A stretch of 63,791 nt of DNA, the filler included, from Chiloscyllium plagiosum (taxonomy: Eukaryota), in NCBI RefSeq assembly GCF_004010195.1. It is 4 parts of one record of this genome, joined end to end, with 100 filler letters (N's around TTAATTAATTAA, not from the genome) between each part and the next. Parts side by side here need not be neighbours in the genome. Positions count along the whole stretch, not along the records: positions 1 to 23,076 come from NC_057713.1; positions 23,177 to 46,918 come from NC_057713.1; 2 more parts are not named here. One strand, written 5' to 3'. Within the stretch, counting starts at the first letter, position 1. Every line of letters begins with the position of its first letter. The translations under genes were made by a program, and so were the position numbers. A model generated the notes under the pieces. It was not told where the DNA came from. It did no database searches and saw only the letters and a list, made by a program, of their open reading frames with translations. Shown one piece after another: positions 12,834 to 26,225 of the stretch.

Positions 12834-13264
12834 TAAGTAGTTAATATTTCTCTATTTCACTAACTGATTAGTTATAAATACACAGTTTAGGTTAGTTACT
12901 CTTCAGTGTTTTACTACTGCATTGTAGAAACAATAGAAAGTAAGCATGCAAGTGTAGCAGGTAAATGAAGAAGGCAAATGGTATGTTGGCCTTTGTAGTA
13001 AGAGGATTTATGAACAGGAGCAAGACTGTCTTGCTGCAATAGTACAGGGCCTTGGTGACAGCAGAACTGTGCAATTATGGTCTCCTTATCTGAGAAAGGA
13101 TATTAGTCTGAAACACTACAAATGTCTCTTCATGCGACGGTCCTGCCATAGAAACAGAGTCATACAACACGGAAGCAGACCATTTAGTCAAACTTGGCCA
13201 TGCTGATCAAATTTCTCAAACTAAACTAGTACAATTTTCCTGCATTTGGCTCATATCCCTCTCC

Positions 13265-13467
13265 TGGATTAGTGGTGCTGGAAGAGCACAGCAGTTCAGG
13301 CAGCACCTGAGGAGCAGTAAAATCGACGTTTCGGGCAAAAGCCTGATGAAGGGCTTTTGCCCGAAACGTCGATTTTACTGCTCTTCGGAAGCTGCCTGAA
13401 CAGTTGTGCTCTTCCAGCACCACAAATCCAGAATCTGGTTTCCAGCATCTGCAATCATTGTTTTTAC
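13265..13467 (+). mobile_element. Palindromic Penelope-derived mini-insertion with 13-bp TSD
   Basis: 79-bp inverted arms at 13265-13343 and 13352-13430. TSD CATATCCCTCTCC at 13252-13264 and 13468-13480. Confidence 0.85.
13343..13370 (+). ncRNA. Minimal type I hammerhead ribozyme motif
   Basis: CTGATGA-A-GGGC-TTTT-GCCC-GAAA-CG-TC: intact core, 4-bp stem II, palindromic ACGT in place of stem III. The 5' strand of stem I is disrupted by the inversion. Confidence 0.7.
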
Positions 13468-13502
13468 CATATCCCTCTCCGTCTATTGATGTACTGTCCA
13501 AA

Positions 13503-15055
13503 TATAGAACATAGAACATAGAACAATACAACAGCACAGAACAGGCCCTTCGGCCCACGATGTTGTGCCGAACATTTGTCCTAGCTTAAGCATCCATCCA
13601 TGTACCTATCCAATTGCCGCTTAAAGGTTGCCAAAGATTCTGACTCTGCCACTCCCACAGGCAGCGCATTCCATGCCCCCACCTCTCTCTGGGTAAAGAA
13701 CCTACCCCGACATCCCCCCCTATACCTTCCACCCTTCACCTTAAATTTATATCCCCTTGTAACACTCTGTTGTACCCGGGGAAAAAGTTTCTGACTGTCT
13801 ACTCTATCTATTCCTCTGATCATCTTATAAACCTCTATCAAGTAACCCCTCATCCTTCGCCGTTCCAACGAGAAAAGGCCTAGCACTCTCAACCTATCCT
13901 CGCACGACCTATTCTCCATTCTAGGCAACATCCTGGTAAATCTTCTCTGCACCCTCTCCAAAACTTCCACATTTTCCCTAAAGTGAGGTGACCCAGAACT
14001 GCACACAGTACTCCAAATGTGGCCTAACCAAGGTCCTGTACAGCTGCAACATCACTTCACGGCAGGGTTGAACTCTATCTGCCACTCCTCAGCCCAGCTC
14101 TGCATCATATCCAAGTCCCTTTGCAGCTGACAAGAGCCCTCCTCACTATCCACAACTCCACCAATCTTTGTATCATCTGCAAATTTACTGACCCATCCTT
14201 CGACTCCCTCATCTAAGTCATTAATAAAAATTACAAACAGCGGAGGACCCAGAACTGATCCCTGCGGAACTCGACTTGTAACTGGGCTCCAGGCTGAATA
14301 TTTACTATCTACCACCACTCTCTGACTTCGACTGGTTAGCCAGTTTTCTATCCAATTGGCCAAATTTCCCTCTATCCCATGCCTCCTGACTTTCCGCATA
14401 AGCCTACCATGGGGAACCTTATCAAATGCCTTACTAGAATCCATGTACACTACATCCACTGCTCTTCCCTCATCCACATGCTTGGTCACCTCCTCGAAGC
14501 ATTCAATAAGACTTGTAAGGCAAGACCTACACCTCAAATCCGTGCTGGCTGTCCCTAATCAAGCCGTGTCTTTCCAGATACTCATAAATCCTATCCCTCA
14601 GTACCCTTTCCATTACTTTGCCTACCACCGAAGTAAGACTAACTGGCTTGTAATTCCTGGGGTTATCCCTATTCCCTTATTGAACAGGGGCACAACATTC
14701 ACCACTCTCCAGTCCCCTGGTACCACCCCTGTTGACAGTGAAGACGAAAAGATCATTGCTAACGGTACTGCAATTTCCTCTCTTGCTTCCCACATAATCC
14801 TAGGATATATCCCATCAGGTCCGGGGGACTTGTCTATCCTCAAGTTGTTCAAAATGTCCAACACATCTTCCTTCCTAACAAGTATCTCTTCTAGCTTACC
14901 AGTCCGTTTCACACTCTCCTCTTCAAAAATACGGTCCCTCTCGTTTGTAAATACTGAAGAAAAGTACTCATTCAAGACCTCTCCTATCTCTTCCGACTCA
15001 ATACACAGTCTCCCACTACTGTCCTTGATTGGACCTACCCTCGTTCTCGTCATAA
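13503..15055 (-). mobile_element. CR1 LINE 3' portion (RT) with internal deletions
   Basis: ORFs with [27 protein letters not shown] and FADDTK; (ATAGAAC)n tail at 13503-13530. Confidence 0.93.
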
Positions 15056-16060
15056 ATGTTGTAACTGTTTCTTTTAAATGTTGTAACTGTAGCTGCATCT
15101 ACCACTTCCTCTGGGAGTTCATTCCACATATGAAACACTGTGAAAAAGTTGCTCCTCATGTCCCTTTTGAAACGTTCTCCTCTCAGCTTAAAAATATGCT
15201 GTCTAAGTTAGAACTCCCCTGCGCTAGGGAAAAGACTTTTGCTATTCACCTTACCAATGTCCTCATGAATTTATAAACTTCTGAAGGTCACCCTTCAATC
15301 TCCTATGCTTCAGTGAAAAAGTCCCAGTCTAACCAGCATTTCCTTATAATTCAAAGCTTCTAGTCCTGACAAATCCTTGTAAATCTTTTCTGAACCATTT
15401 GCAATTTAATAACATCTTTCCTATAACAGGGCAACTTGAACTGAACACAGTACTGCAAAAGTCCTACAGCTACATGGTATCTCAACTCCTATACTGAATG
15501 GTATGGGCAATGAAGTCAAGTGTGTTAAACATGTTCTTAATCACCCTGTCTATTTGTGTCACATCTTTCAAAGGACTGTGTACCTATATCCTTTGGTCTC
15601 TCTGTTAGACAACACTACCATCTCAGGAAGCAGCCTGTAAATCTTTCTTACGTTCCCTCCATAGTCAGAACATCCTTCCTCAGGTAAGGAGATCAAAACT
15701 GCATGGTATACTCTGGGTGTGGTCTCACCAAGGTCCTCTTCAAATTGCAGCAAGATGGCCCTGTTCCTGTTTGCAAATTCTCTCGCAATGAAGGCCAAAA
15801 TACCATTCACCTTCTTCACCGCTGCTTACTTTCAGCAACTGGTGCACAAGGACCACCTGGTCTTTTTGCACCTCCTTTTTTCCCAATCTATCACCATTCT
15901 GATAATAATATACCTGCCTGTTTTTGCTACCAATCTGGATAACCTCACATTTATCCACATGATACTTCATCTGCCTTTTATTTGTCACATTGTCTTGTCC
16001 AAATTGTACTGAAATATCTCTGCATCTTCCTCCACACACTTCATGCTTCTACCCAGCTTT
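15056..16060 (-). mobile_element. Two or more older CR1 fragments
   Basis: Degenerate KKVNGILAFIAR and VDKCEVIQIG segments. Confidence 0.8.
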
Positions 16061-16754
16061 GTGTCCTTGTCTGTCACCAAGCAGGAGCATGTGTCCAACC
16101 AACCCCTATTCCAATTGCTGATGCATATGTGCATTCTCCCACCACTAGTTTCTCAGGAGAGGTGGGAAGCAGGACGTGACAATGACATCAACAGTGGGAG
16201 AAAGCACTGGTGGATGGAATGTATGCCAAGTAGCAATCACAACTGTTCCTGTTCAGCTGCAGGAGTTCCAGTTTTTTAAGTAAACCATGACCGTGTGTAT
16301 TCTCTGTACTATCTAAACAATGACAATAGCATGGGTAAACTGCCATATAATTTGTGTGCTGTGTTTAATCAGGAAAGATATGTCTCTTTTGTATATATTG
16401 CACCACAAATAATTGGATTTTATAGATTGCCACCATTCAACATTTTATTTTTTACTTAGAGCAATCTCATCAGTACCATTTCACCATGGTGTATATGGAG
16501 AATTACACCCAAAACGAATTATTTGTGGAAAGCATGTGAGATTGCTAGTTTACTTTAATTGTTATATAGAAACAATGGGCTTGATTTTAAGTGCCGCTGA
16601 TGCTGATAAGAGGTGAGTTGATATTTAAAAGCACAATGTCTTTTCCATGACTCCTTACCATATCTCCAAGGCTATTTACTGAAGCTAGACCTAGAAGATG
16701 CTGTGGCAAGTGGCCTATTAAGATTTGTTTGTAGATGCCAACTAGAATTTTCCT

Positions 16755-17122
16755 ATCACAGAGTCATAGAGATGTACAGCACGAAAACCGACCTTTCGGT
16801 CCAACTCGTCCATGCCGACCAGATATCCCAACCCAATCTAGTCCCACCTGCCAACACCTGGCCCATATCCCTCCAAACCCTTCCTATTCATATACCCATC
16901 CAGATGCCTTTTAAATGTTGCAATTTTGCCAACCTCCACCATTTTCTCTGGCAGCTCATTCCATACCTCTACATGAAAAAGTTGCTCCTTAGGTCTTTTT
17001 TATATCTTTCCCCTCTCACCCTAAACCTATGCCCTCTAGTTTTGGAATCCTCCACCCCAGGGAAAAGACTTTGTCTATTTATCCTATCCATGCCCCTCAC
17101 CATTTTGTAAACCTCTATAAGG
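16755..17122 (-). mobile_element. CR1 LINE 3' end
   Basis: Reverse complement of the same 3' end seen at 9590-9920. Confidence 0.85.
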
Positions 17123-17821
17123 TCTGCTTCAGGTTCCTGCATTTGACAGGGACCGGTTTATTGAATTTGAATTTCATCATCTGCCACAATAGGATGTCCC
17201 CAGAACCCATGTCCCCAGAATTTTAACCCGTATCCTCTGGATAGCTCGGACAGTGACGTTACCATTATGCCACCTCTCTCCAGTGGTGTCTGACTGCAAA
17301 AGCCATATTTATTTAATCTCTAAGACTGTTGTAGTGGGAGTATGTAACCCTCTCCTTCATTTAGTTGTCACTACTGCTTTCAATTTGGCCACCCAGGTTT
17401 GAGAGCGTATCATCCTTCCATAAATAAATGGTGAGTCCACACTCTAGTCATAAATGGGTCACTCTGGTGAAATCCCACTCAACATTTCCCTCAGTTCAGC
17501 CTTCTAGCCTTCATTTCAGCCTGAAGACAAGGTTCAGAAAAAGAACTTCAGAAACTTTTGCTCCATCTTTGGCCAAGATTCCTGTTCTCAAATTCAGCTT
17601 TGGGCAAAGAGAACAAAAATTGAATCCAAGAATAAGTTGCTGTTTCTTGTTATTCACTTCTATAGAATCTTTGAGCAAAGTCAAAGAGCAAAAAACCAGA
17701 CATTTTTTATTTTGGTATAACTTTTTTTAAATAACTAGACTGATTAAACCACATGAGCCAAAGAGTTCTCAGTTTTGATCGCACTTTTCAGATTTTCTTC
17801 CATTCATTCACAGTAGGGCAG

Positions 17822-19706
17822 TGTTGGCCTCGGCAGTGGAAGATCTTCTATGGGACTGCTTAGAGTTGGTGGACTGGTCCATATTCAAGAATTTAGCGAC
17901 AAACCTAAACGAGTATGCCACTACCATCACAGACTTCATTAGTAAGAGTGTAGCAGATTACATGTCAAAGAAGTTACTCCAAATGTTCCCTAACTGGAAA
18001 CCATGGATGAACCAAGAGATCCACTCCCTTCTGAAGGCCAGGTCTGAGGTGTTCAATCAGATGACCCTGTACAGGTACGATCTTTGCAAAGCCAGCAGAG
18101 ACCCCGAAAGATAATACCAAATTAAGCTTGAGAGCCATACTAAACACACTGATACTTGTTGTTTGTGGCAAGACTTACACCACATAACAGACTACAAAGT
18201 AAAGTTGAACAGAGTTGCAGGTGATAATACATCCATATCTGATTTGTTCAATGCAGTCTATGCTCATTTTGAACAGGATGTCAGAGAAATAATGTCACCT
18301 ATCCCAACAGCTTCAGATGCACCCAAACCCACTACCACAGATTTTAGATCAGCCTTCTTGAGAGTGACCCCACAGAAAGCCACTGGCCTGGTCATTCACT
18401 CAGATCATTTGCAGACCAATTGGTAGGAATATTTGCTGACATCTTTAGCCTCTCCTTAGTTCAATCTGAAGTCTCCACCCACTTAAAGAAGCCCACCATC
18501 ATGCCAATATCAAAGAAAAATTATGCAGCATTCCTCAATGACTACTGCCCAGTGGCACTGACCTCCATAATCATGAAATGCTTTGATAAGTTAGTCATGA
18601 CTGACATTAATTCCAGCCTTTTCTTGATTGTTTGCGATTTGACTACCGATGCAACAGGTCCATTCTCCCTGGCCTGACCCTCATCCCTGGAATGTTTGGA
18701 TTGCAAGGATATCTAGGTCAGGCTTCTATTATTAACGACAGCTTCACCTTCAACTCTGTAATTCCAAACAAACTCATCACCATTCTCTGAGACCTAGGTC
18801 TCGGCTCACCCCTCTGTTACTGGTTTCTCGACTTCCTGAGCCATAGATCGCAATCAATAAGAATAGGCAACAACACCTCTTTCATGACAATCCTCAGCAC
18901 CAGTGTCCTGCAAGGCTACGTACTCATCTGCCTATTGTACTTCTTATACACTCATAACTGTGTTGTCAAATACTGCCCCAACTCCATTTACAAGTTTGCT
19001 GATGACACCACCATTGTAGGTTGGATCTCAAACAATGACAAGATAGAAATCAGATAGTGCATAGTGCAAAGATGACAATCTCTCCATCAATATCAACAAA
19101 ATGAAGGAGCTAGTTATTGACTTCAGAAAGGGTAATGGAGGGCACGCCCCTATCTGCAACAATGGTGCAGAGGTGGAAATGGTCCAGAGTATCAAGGTCC
19201 TGGGAGTGATGATCACCACCAATCCATCCTGGCCCACCCACATTGAAAGCATAACAACACTTCTACTTCCTTAAGAGGTGAAGGAAATTCTCTGAAACTA
19301 TAAAGAGTCATGAACACAGCCCAGTCCATCACGCAAACCAGCCTTCCATCCATTGACTCCATCTATACTTTCTGCTGCCTTGGGCAAACAACCAACACAA
19401 TCAAAGACCCTTCCCACCCCGGTTATACTCTCTTTCACTTTCTTCATTGGGCAGAAGATATAAGAGTTTCAATACATGTATGAACAGATTCAAGAACAGC
19501 TTCTTCCCTGCTTTTATCAGATTTTTGAATGGGCTTCTCAACTGTTGATGTTGATCTCTCCCTTTGCACCTTCTCTGTCTGTAACACTGTATTCTGCACT
19601 CTGTTCTGCTACTTGATGCACTGCATATGGTACGATCTGCCTGTAGACCATGCAAAAGAACATTTTTCACTGCATCACAGTATATGTGACAGTAATAAAT
19701 CAAATC
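17822..19706 (+). mobile_element. Rex1/Babar-like LINE, 5'-truncated and degenerate
   Basis: Encodes DCLELVDWSIFK, FPNWKPWMNQEI, LNDYCPVALTSIIMKCFDKLV, and KFADDTTIVG near 18990. Ends in AATAAATCAAATCA. Motifs resemble Rex1-group elements and differ from the CR1 copies. Confidence 0.8.
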
Positions 19707-21124
19707 ATATGTTTTCTCTGTCAAGTAGAGGTGATGTACTGAAATTTTGTTTTGTTTTCAGAAAGACATTTCTTAATACCACCCTGCCCCCATGAGACAG
19801 GAAGATAAGACTTTCATCTCCTCTGTCTACGCTGTACAATAAATAGCTATTTAAACAACCTTGTTTCAGTGCTCGAAAGGAAACACAAAAGGAAATGACT
19901 CCTTTCACTCTGCAAGGCCATCTGTTCTCTGACATACATGGCTAATTCTGCTAATGAGACGAGGCTTGAGCACAAACCAGTTTGATGCATATGGATGCCG
20001 TTAAAATTCATCAGATTTTCACCCACTCACCTAGGCTTAAAATTACTGCTGCTAATCAACCAGCTTTTTTTTTTAATTAGTTTCATTTCATAGAATTTCT
20101 ATCATTTGATTGTGAAATGCCATGTAGACTTTGCTGGGAAGAAGGAAGAAAACATTTTCAAACCAAGCTTTTTTAAGCACAATGGCATAATTAAAATTGG
20201 GTTTTCTACTGCCCTTTTGCTTTTTGTCGTCATTTTCATCACCATTTGCTTTTGTCATTTCTCCTAATTTTCCTGATGTCAATTGGTCTACAGTCTCCAT
20301 GTTTTTGAACATTGTATAATGCTAAAAATACTATAAAAATAGAATCTCTGCTTTATCTTAAACTGAGAATTATGTGTGAAAATGTTAATCATTTGCCTCA
20401 CTTATTTCAATGTGGAAATGTATAAACACGTACGCATCACTGTTATTTCCTGAGACATCAGAAACTTCCTGATTAATAACATAGTTCCTTTGGGCATCAG
20501 CTGACTTTAGCAGAAGTCGGTGCATAACCAGAATTTCACACGCTAACCCATCTGAATTCTATGATGAGTCATCACTTTTCTAGTCTGTACAAGCTTCTTC
20601 CTATGATCAGTAATCGATGTTAGCTATTGCACCTTGACCAAAAGTCATTATGGAGATATTACGGCATCTGACTGTTTGTTTGGTTGCACCTGAGCATGCA
20701 GAATCTCGCTTTTTAATGCCACTCATGGATTTGCCACTGACTTTCCATCAAGTAGTTGCAATCAGTGTACTTTCCAAAACGTCCCTTGGCTTTATAGAGT
20801 TTGCCTTTCTCCAGTTTATAAATCTATCAACAAAGTGGATGACTGTTAGCAGGATTTACCCCTGTATTTTTGAAAACATCATCTTTAAACCTTTCCACTG
20901 GTTAGAACTGTTGAAATTGAATTATGATGAGGCAAAATGCTTAAAATGCAATGCCACTTCAAGGTGCAAATGCATGAATAAATCAACCTCGATGAAAAGA
21001 ATTACAAAAAAAGTGACCCCCTATAAATTAGATAATTATCTAAACTTGTCATGATCTTAAGAAAACATTTGAAAACTTTAAGTAAAAACATTGACAGTTA
21101 CTACCTGGATGGATTAACTGACAG

Positions 21125-22025
21125 TATGACCATAAGACATTAGAAGCATAAATAGACATTCAGCCCATCAATTCTCCTTGTCATTCAACAAGATTTTGGC
21201 TGATCTGAATCCTGAACTCCACTTGTTTGCCTTTTCCCATAATCTTTGATTCACTTACTGATTAAAAGTCTATCTATCACAGCTTTAAATATACTTACTG
21301 AGCCAAACATGATAGTCCTCTAAAGAATTCCACAGATTTGCTACCCTCTGAGAAGTTCCTCCTCATTACCATCTCAAGTTCTGGACTGTACCACAAGGGG
21401 AACCAACCTCTCAGCATCTATTCTGTCAAGTCCTCTAATGATCTTGTATGTTTCAATAAGTTAACCTCTGTCATCTGTTCAAATGAATACAAGTCCATCT
21501 ACTAAACTTCTCCACAAATGAAAATCCTTTGATACCAGAATCTAGTGAATTGTATAATCTAGCACGGTGGTTCAGTGGTTAGCACTGTTGCCTCACAGCA
21601 CCAGGGACCTAGGTTCAATTCCTGCCTTAGGCAACTGTGTGTGCAGTTTGCACATTCTCCCCGTGTCTGCATGGGTTTCCTATGGGTGCTCCGGTTCCCT
21701 CCCACAGACCAGATGAATTGGCCATAGTGTTAGGTGCATTTGTCAGAGGGAAATTGATCTGGGTGGGTTATTCTTCAGAGGGTCGGTGTGGACTTGTTGG
21801 GCCGAAGGGCATGTTTCCACACTAGGGAATCTAACCTAATCTTCTCTAAATTGCTTCCAATGCCAGTATATCTACTCTTGGATAAGGGATCAAAACTGGT
21901 CACCCTATTCCAGGTGTGATCTGACTTGTGTCTTGTATTGCTTTCGCAAGATCTCCCTATTCTTATGTTTCATTCCCTTTGAAATAAAGGCCAAAATTCC
22001 ATTTGCCTCTCCTATTATTCACTGA
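21125..22025 (-). mobile_element. Old CR1 3' fragment interrupted by a SINE
   Basis: CR1 3' sequence on both sides of the 21563-21842 SINE. Confidence 0.75.
21563..21842 (+). mobile_element. HE1-like SINE with internal deletion
   Basis: A and B boxes and 3' tail recognisable. Confidence 0.85.
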
Positions 22026-22029
22026 AGTT

Positions 22030-23076
22030 AGACAATATAGAAAATAGACAATAGGAGCAGGAGTAGGCCATTCAGCCCTTCGAGCCTGCACCGCCATTCA
22101 ATATAATCATGGCTGATCATTCCAAATCAGTATCCTGCTCCTGCCTTATCTCCATAACCCTTGATTCCACTATCTTTGAGAGCTCTATCCAACTCCTTCT
22201 TAAATGAATCCAGAGAGTGGGCCTCCACTGCCCCCTGTGGCAGAGCATTCCACACAGCCACCACTCTCTGGGTGAAGAGGTTTCTCCTGAGCTCTGTCCT
22301 AAATATGTCTACCCCGTATTTTTAAGCTGTGTCCTCTGGTTCGGCACTCACCCATCAGTGGAAATATGTTTCCTACTGCCAGATTGTCCAGTCCTTTCAT
22401 AATCTTATACGTCTCAATCAGATCTCCTCTCAATCTTCGAAACTCAAGGGTATACAAGCCCAGTCACTTCAGTCTTCCAGTGTAAGGTAATCCTGCCATT
22501 CCAGGAATTGACCTCGTGAACCTACACTGCACTCCCTCAATAGCCAGAATGTCTTTTCTCAAATTTGGAGACCAGAACTGCACACAGTACTCCAGGTGTG
22601 GTCTCACCAGGGCCCTGTACAGCTGCAGAAGCACCTCTTTGCTTCTATACTCAATTCCTCTTGTTATGAAGGCCATCATGCTATTAGCCTTCTTCACTAC
22701 CTGCTGTACCTGCATGCCTGCCTTCATTGACTGGTGTACAAGAACACCCAGATCCCTCTGTACTGCCCCTTTACATAAATTGATTCCATTGAGGTAGTAG
22801 TCTGCCTTCCAGTTCTTGCCACCAAAGTGGATAACCATACATTTATCCACATTAAACCTCTGCCATGCATCTGCCCACTCACCTAACTTGTCCAGCTCAC
22901 CCTGTAATCTCCTAACATCCTCAACACTTTTCACCCTGCCACCCAGCTTTGTATCATCAGCAAATTTGCTAATGTTATTGCTGATACCATCTTCTACATC
23001 ATTAACATATATTGTAAAAAGCTGCAGTCCCAGCACGGATCCTTGCGGTACCCCACTGGTCACTGCCTGCCATCCC
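22030..23076 (-). mobile_element. CR1 LINE 3' portion running into an assembly gap
   Basis: 199-aa ORF with [15 protein letters not shown] and [15 protein letters not shown]; (ATAGAC/A)n tail. Confidence 0.93.
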
Positions 23077-23176
23077 NNNNNNNNNNNNNNNNNNNNNNNN
23101 NNNNNNNNNNNNNNNNNNNNTTAATTAATTAANNNNNNNNNNNNNNNNNNNNNNNNNNNNNNNNNNNNNNNNNNNN
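23077..23176. other. Assembly gap with artificial linker
   Basis: 44 N + TTAATTAATTAA + 44 N; identical structure at 46919 and 58839. Confidence 0.97.
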
Positions 23177-23515
23177 TTTCCCAATCTGTTTCTCCACATC
23201 TCTGCTGCTATTGGGGGGCCTATAGTAAACACCCAACAAGGTAACTGCACCTTTCCTATTTCTGACTTCAGCCCATACTACCTCCAAAGGCAGGTCTCCC
23301 TCGAACTGCCTTTCTGCAGCCGTTATACCATTTCTAATTAGCAATGCCACCCTCCCTCCTTTTTTACCACCCTCCCTAATCTTACAGAAACATCTGCAAC
23401 CAGGAACCTCCAACAACCATTCCTGTCCCTCTTCTATCCACGTTTCCGTGATGGCCACAACATCGTAGTCCCAGGTACCGATCCACGCCTTAAGTTCACC
23501 CACCTTATTTCTGAT
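23177..23515 (-). mobile_element. CR1 LINE apurinic-like endonuclease fragment
   Basis: Encodes IRNKVGELKAW...DVVAITETW...GVYYRPPN. Confidence 0.9.
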
Positions 23516-23629
23516 TTCTGATTTCATCCACTATTTTCTTGTTTATTCTACATGTTACCTTCTCAAAGAACTATAATACATTTGTCAGATATGATTTCTC
23601 TTTCATGAAACAAGAGTGTCACCGCTTGA

Positions 23630-25325
23630 TTAGACAATAGATAATAGACAACAGGTGCAGGAGTCGGCCATTCTACCCTTCGAGCCAGCACCACCATTCA
23701 TTATGATCATGGCTGATTATCCTCAATCAGTAACCTGTTTCTGCCTTATTCCCATAACCCTTGATTCCGCTATCCTTAAGACCTCCATCCAACTCTTTCT
23801 TGAAAGTATCCAGAGACTTGGCCTCCATAGGCTTCTGGGGCAGAGCATTCCACACACCCACCACTCTCTGGGTGAAGAAATTTCTCCTCAACTCTGTTCT
23901 AAATGGTCTACCCCGTATTTTTAAGTTGTGTCCTCTGGTTCAGGACTCCTCCATCAGCGGAAACATGTTTCCTGCCTCCAGAATGACCAATCCTTTAATA
24001 ATCTTATACGTCTCAGTCAGATCTCCTCTCAGTCTTCTAAACTCAAGGGTATACAAGCCCAGTCACTCCAGTCTTTCAGTGTAAGGTAATCCCGCCATTC
24101 CAGGAATTGACCTCATGAACCTACACTGCACTCCCTCAATAGCCAGAATGTCTTTCCTCAAATTTGGAGACCAGAACTGCACACAATATTCCAGGTGCGG
24201 TCTCACCAGGGCCCTATACAGCTGCAGAAGAACCTCTTTGCTTCTATACTCAATTCCTCGTGTTATGAAGGCCAGCAGGCTATTAGCTTTCTTCACTGCC
24301 TGCTGTACCTGCAGGCTTGCTTTCATTGCCTGATGTACAAGAACACCTAGATCTCGTTGTACTGCCCCTTTACCTTACTTGATTCCATTTAGGTAGTAGT
24401 CTGCCTTCCTGTTCTTGCCACCAAAGTGAACAACCACACATTTATCCACATTAAACTGCATCTGCCATGCATCTGTCCACTCACCTAGCCTGTCCAGGTC
24501 ACCCTGTAATCTCCTAACATCCTCCTTACATTTCACCCTGCCACCCAGCTTTGTATCATCAGCAATTTTGCTAATATTACTTTTTATACCATCATCTATA
24601 TCATTAATGTATCTTGTAAAAAGCTGCGGTCCCAGCACGGATCCCTGCGGTGCCCCACTGCCATTCTGAAAGGGAGCCGTTTATCACTACTTTGTTTCCT
24701 GTCAGCCAATCAATTTTCAATCCAAGTCAGTATTTTGCCCCCAATATCATGCGGCCTAATTTTGCTCACTAACGTCCTATGTGGGACTTTATCAAAGGCT
24801 TTCTGAAAGTCCAGTTACACTACATCCACTGGATCTCCCTTGTCCATCTTCAGAATTACATCCTCAAAAAATTCCAGAAGATTAGTCAAGCATGATTTCC
24901 CCTTCATAAATCCATGCTGACTCTGACCTATCCTGTTACTACTATCCAGATGTGTCGTAATGTCATCCTTTATAATAGATTCCAGCATCTTTCCCACCAC
25001 TGAGGTAAGACTAATTGGTCTATAGTTCCCTGCTTTCTCTCTCCCTCCTTTCTTAAAAAGTGGGACAACATTAGCCACCCTCCACTCCTCAGGAACTGAT
25101 CCTGAATCTATAGAACATTGGAAAATGATCACCAATTCATCCACGATTTCTAGAGCAACCTCCTTCAGTACCCTGGGATGCAGACCATCAGGTCCCAGGG
25201 ACTTATCAGCCTTCAGACCTAACAGTCTCTCCAACACCATTTTCTGGTAAATATATATTCCCTTCAGTTCAGGTCTTTCAGCCACTATTACCTCTGGGAG
25301 ATTGCTTGTGTCTTCCCCAGTGAAC
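23630..25325 (-). mobile_element. CR1 LINE, 5'-truncated, same subfamily as 22030-23076
   Basis: Encodes GPDGLHPRVLKE, NYRPISLTSVVGK, QHGFMKGKSCLTNL and IADDTK; 3' end is closely similar to the 22030 copy. Confidence 0.93.
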
Positions 25326-25567
25326 ACATATATATTTACTATATATTTCTAAATTTTCTGCAATTACATCCTTTATGATAGACTGGAACATTTTTCCAGT
25401 GACCTGTGCTAAGCTAATTGGCCTACAGTTAACTTTTTCTTGTCTCCCTCCCTTTTTGAATAAGGGTGTTGCAATGGTGGTTTTCCAATCACTTTTCCAA
25501 TTGGTTTTTATGAATCTAAGTATTCTTGGAAAACTATTACTCGTCCATCAATTATCTCTGAAGCTAC

Positions 25568-26203
25568 TGTCCCAAAGCTCGTCCCTTTTGTTCTAAAAGC
25601 TGTTCCTTGACTCAAGGAGACTCTGTCCTTGTTTTTTTTTCAGGGAGCAATAAACTGGGCCAGACTCTGATCAGTCTGGTTTGGTACAGAGATGAAAAGG
25701 ATTTTGTTTGTGTAAGCAGATGAGACTTCAGGCCAAAGTGGTCATGCTTTGGAAGTGACTTGTATAAAGAGAGGGGAGTGGTTAGCTCTCCAGCTAGCTG
25801 AGCTGAGCAGTTTTACTTCAGTCTGGCGTGGTGAGGAATTCAACAGGGAGATCTGTGGAAACTCTCTCTCTTTTTCTGCCCTTCAACTTCAACCTACAAG
25901 CATGTGTTCCATTTATACTGGATTTTAAAGGGAGTTTGCTTATTAGGACTGTTGTGTATATTCGGAACAGCATAATTAAGTCTAGTTGGATAGGTTGAGT
26001 TCTGTAGGGGTTCTTTATTCTGTTCTTTGTGTTTCATTGTGTAATGGTATGAATAAATTTTCGTCTGTTTTAAAATCTAGAAGTCAACCTAGCTAACTTA
26101 ATCCGTGAAATTTTCATTATCCACTTACCGAAGCAAGTTGCAAAGTTGTGGTCTGAGCTGCCTGCTTAAGAATGTTTTGAGTGGTCTGGCTTAGTCCATA
26201 ACA
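25568..26203 (+). repeat. 5' LTR (636 bp)
   Basis: TGTCCCAAAGCT...GTCCATAACA. Direct repeat of 31109-31795. Contains TATAAA and AATAAA. Confidence 0.92.
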
Positions 26204-26206
26204 GAC

Positions 26207-26225
26207 TGGGGGCTCTTTGCGGGAT
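26207..26225 (+). promoter_or_regulatory. Primer binding site, tRNA-Pro-like
   Basis: TGGGGGCTCtttgCGGGAT, 3 nt after the LTR end. Resembles the tRNA-Pro PBS TGGGGGCTCGTCCGGGAT. Confidence 0.75.

Noticed and set aside
13265..13430. Palindromes as DNA-transposon MITEs or conserved miRNA genes
   Set aside because: A one-sided tail, long variable TSDs, variable arm lengths and the hammerhead motif fit Penelope-type retrotransposition better. No recognisable miRNA sequence.
14356..15276. 306-aa + strand ORF
   Set aside because: Antisense shadow of the minus-strand CR1 ORF2; no independent coding features.
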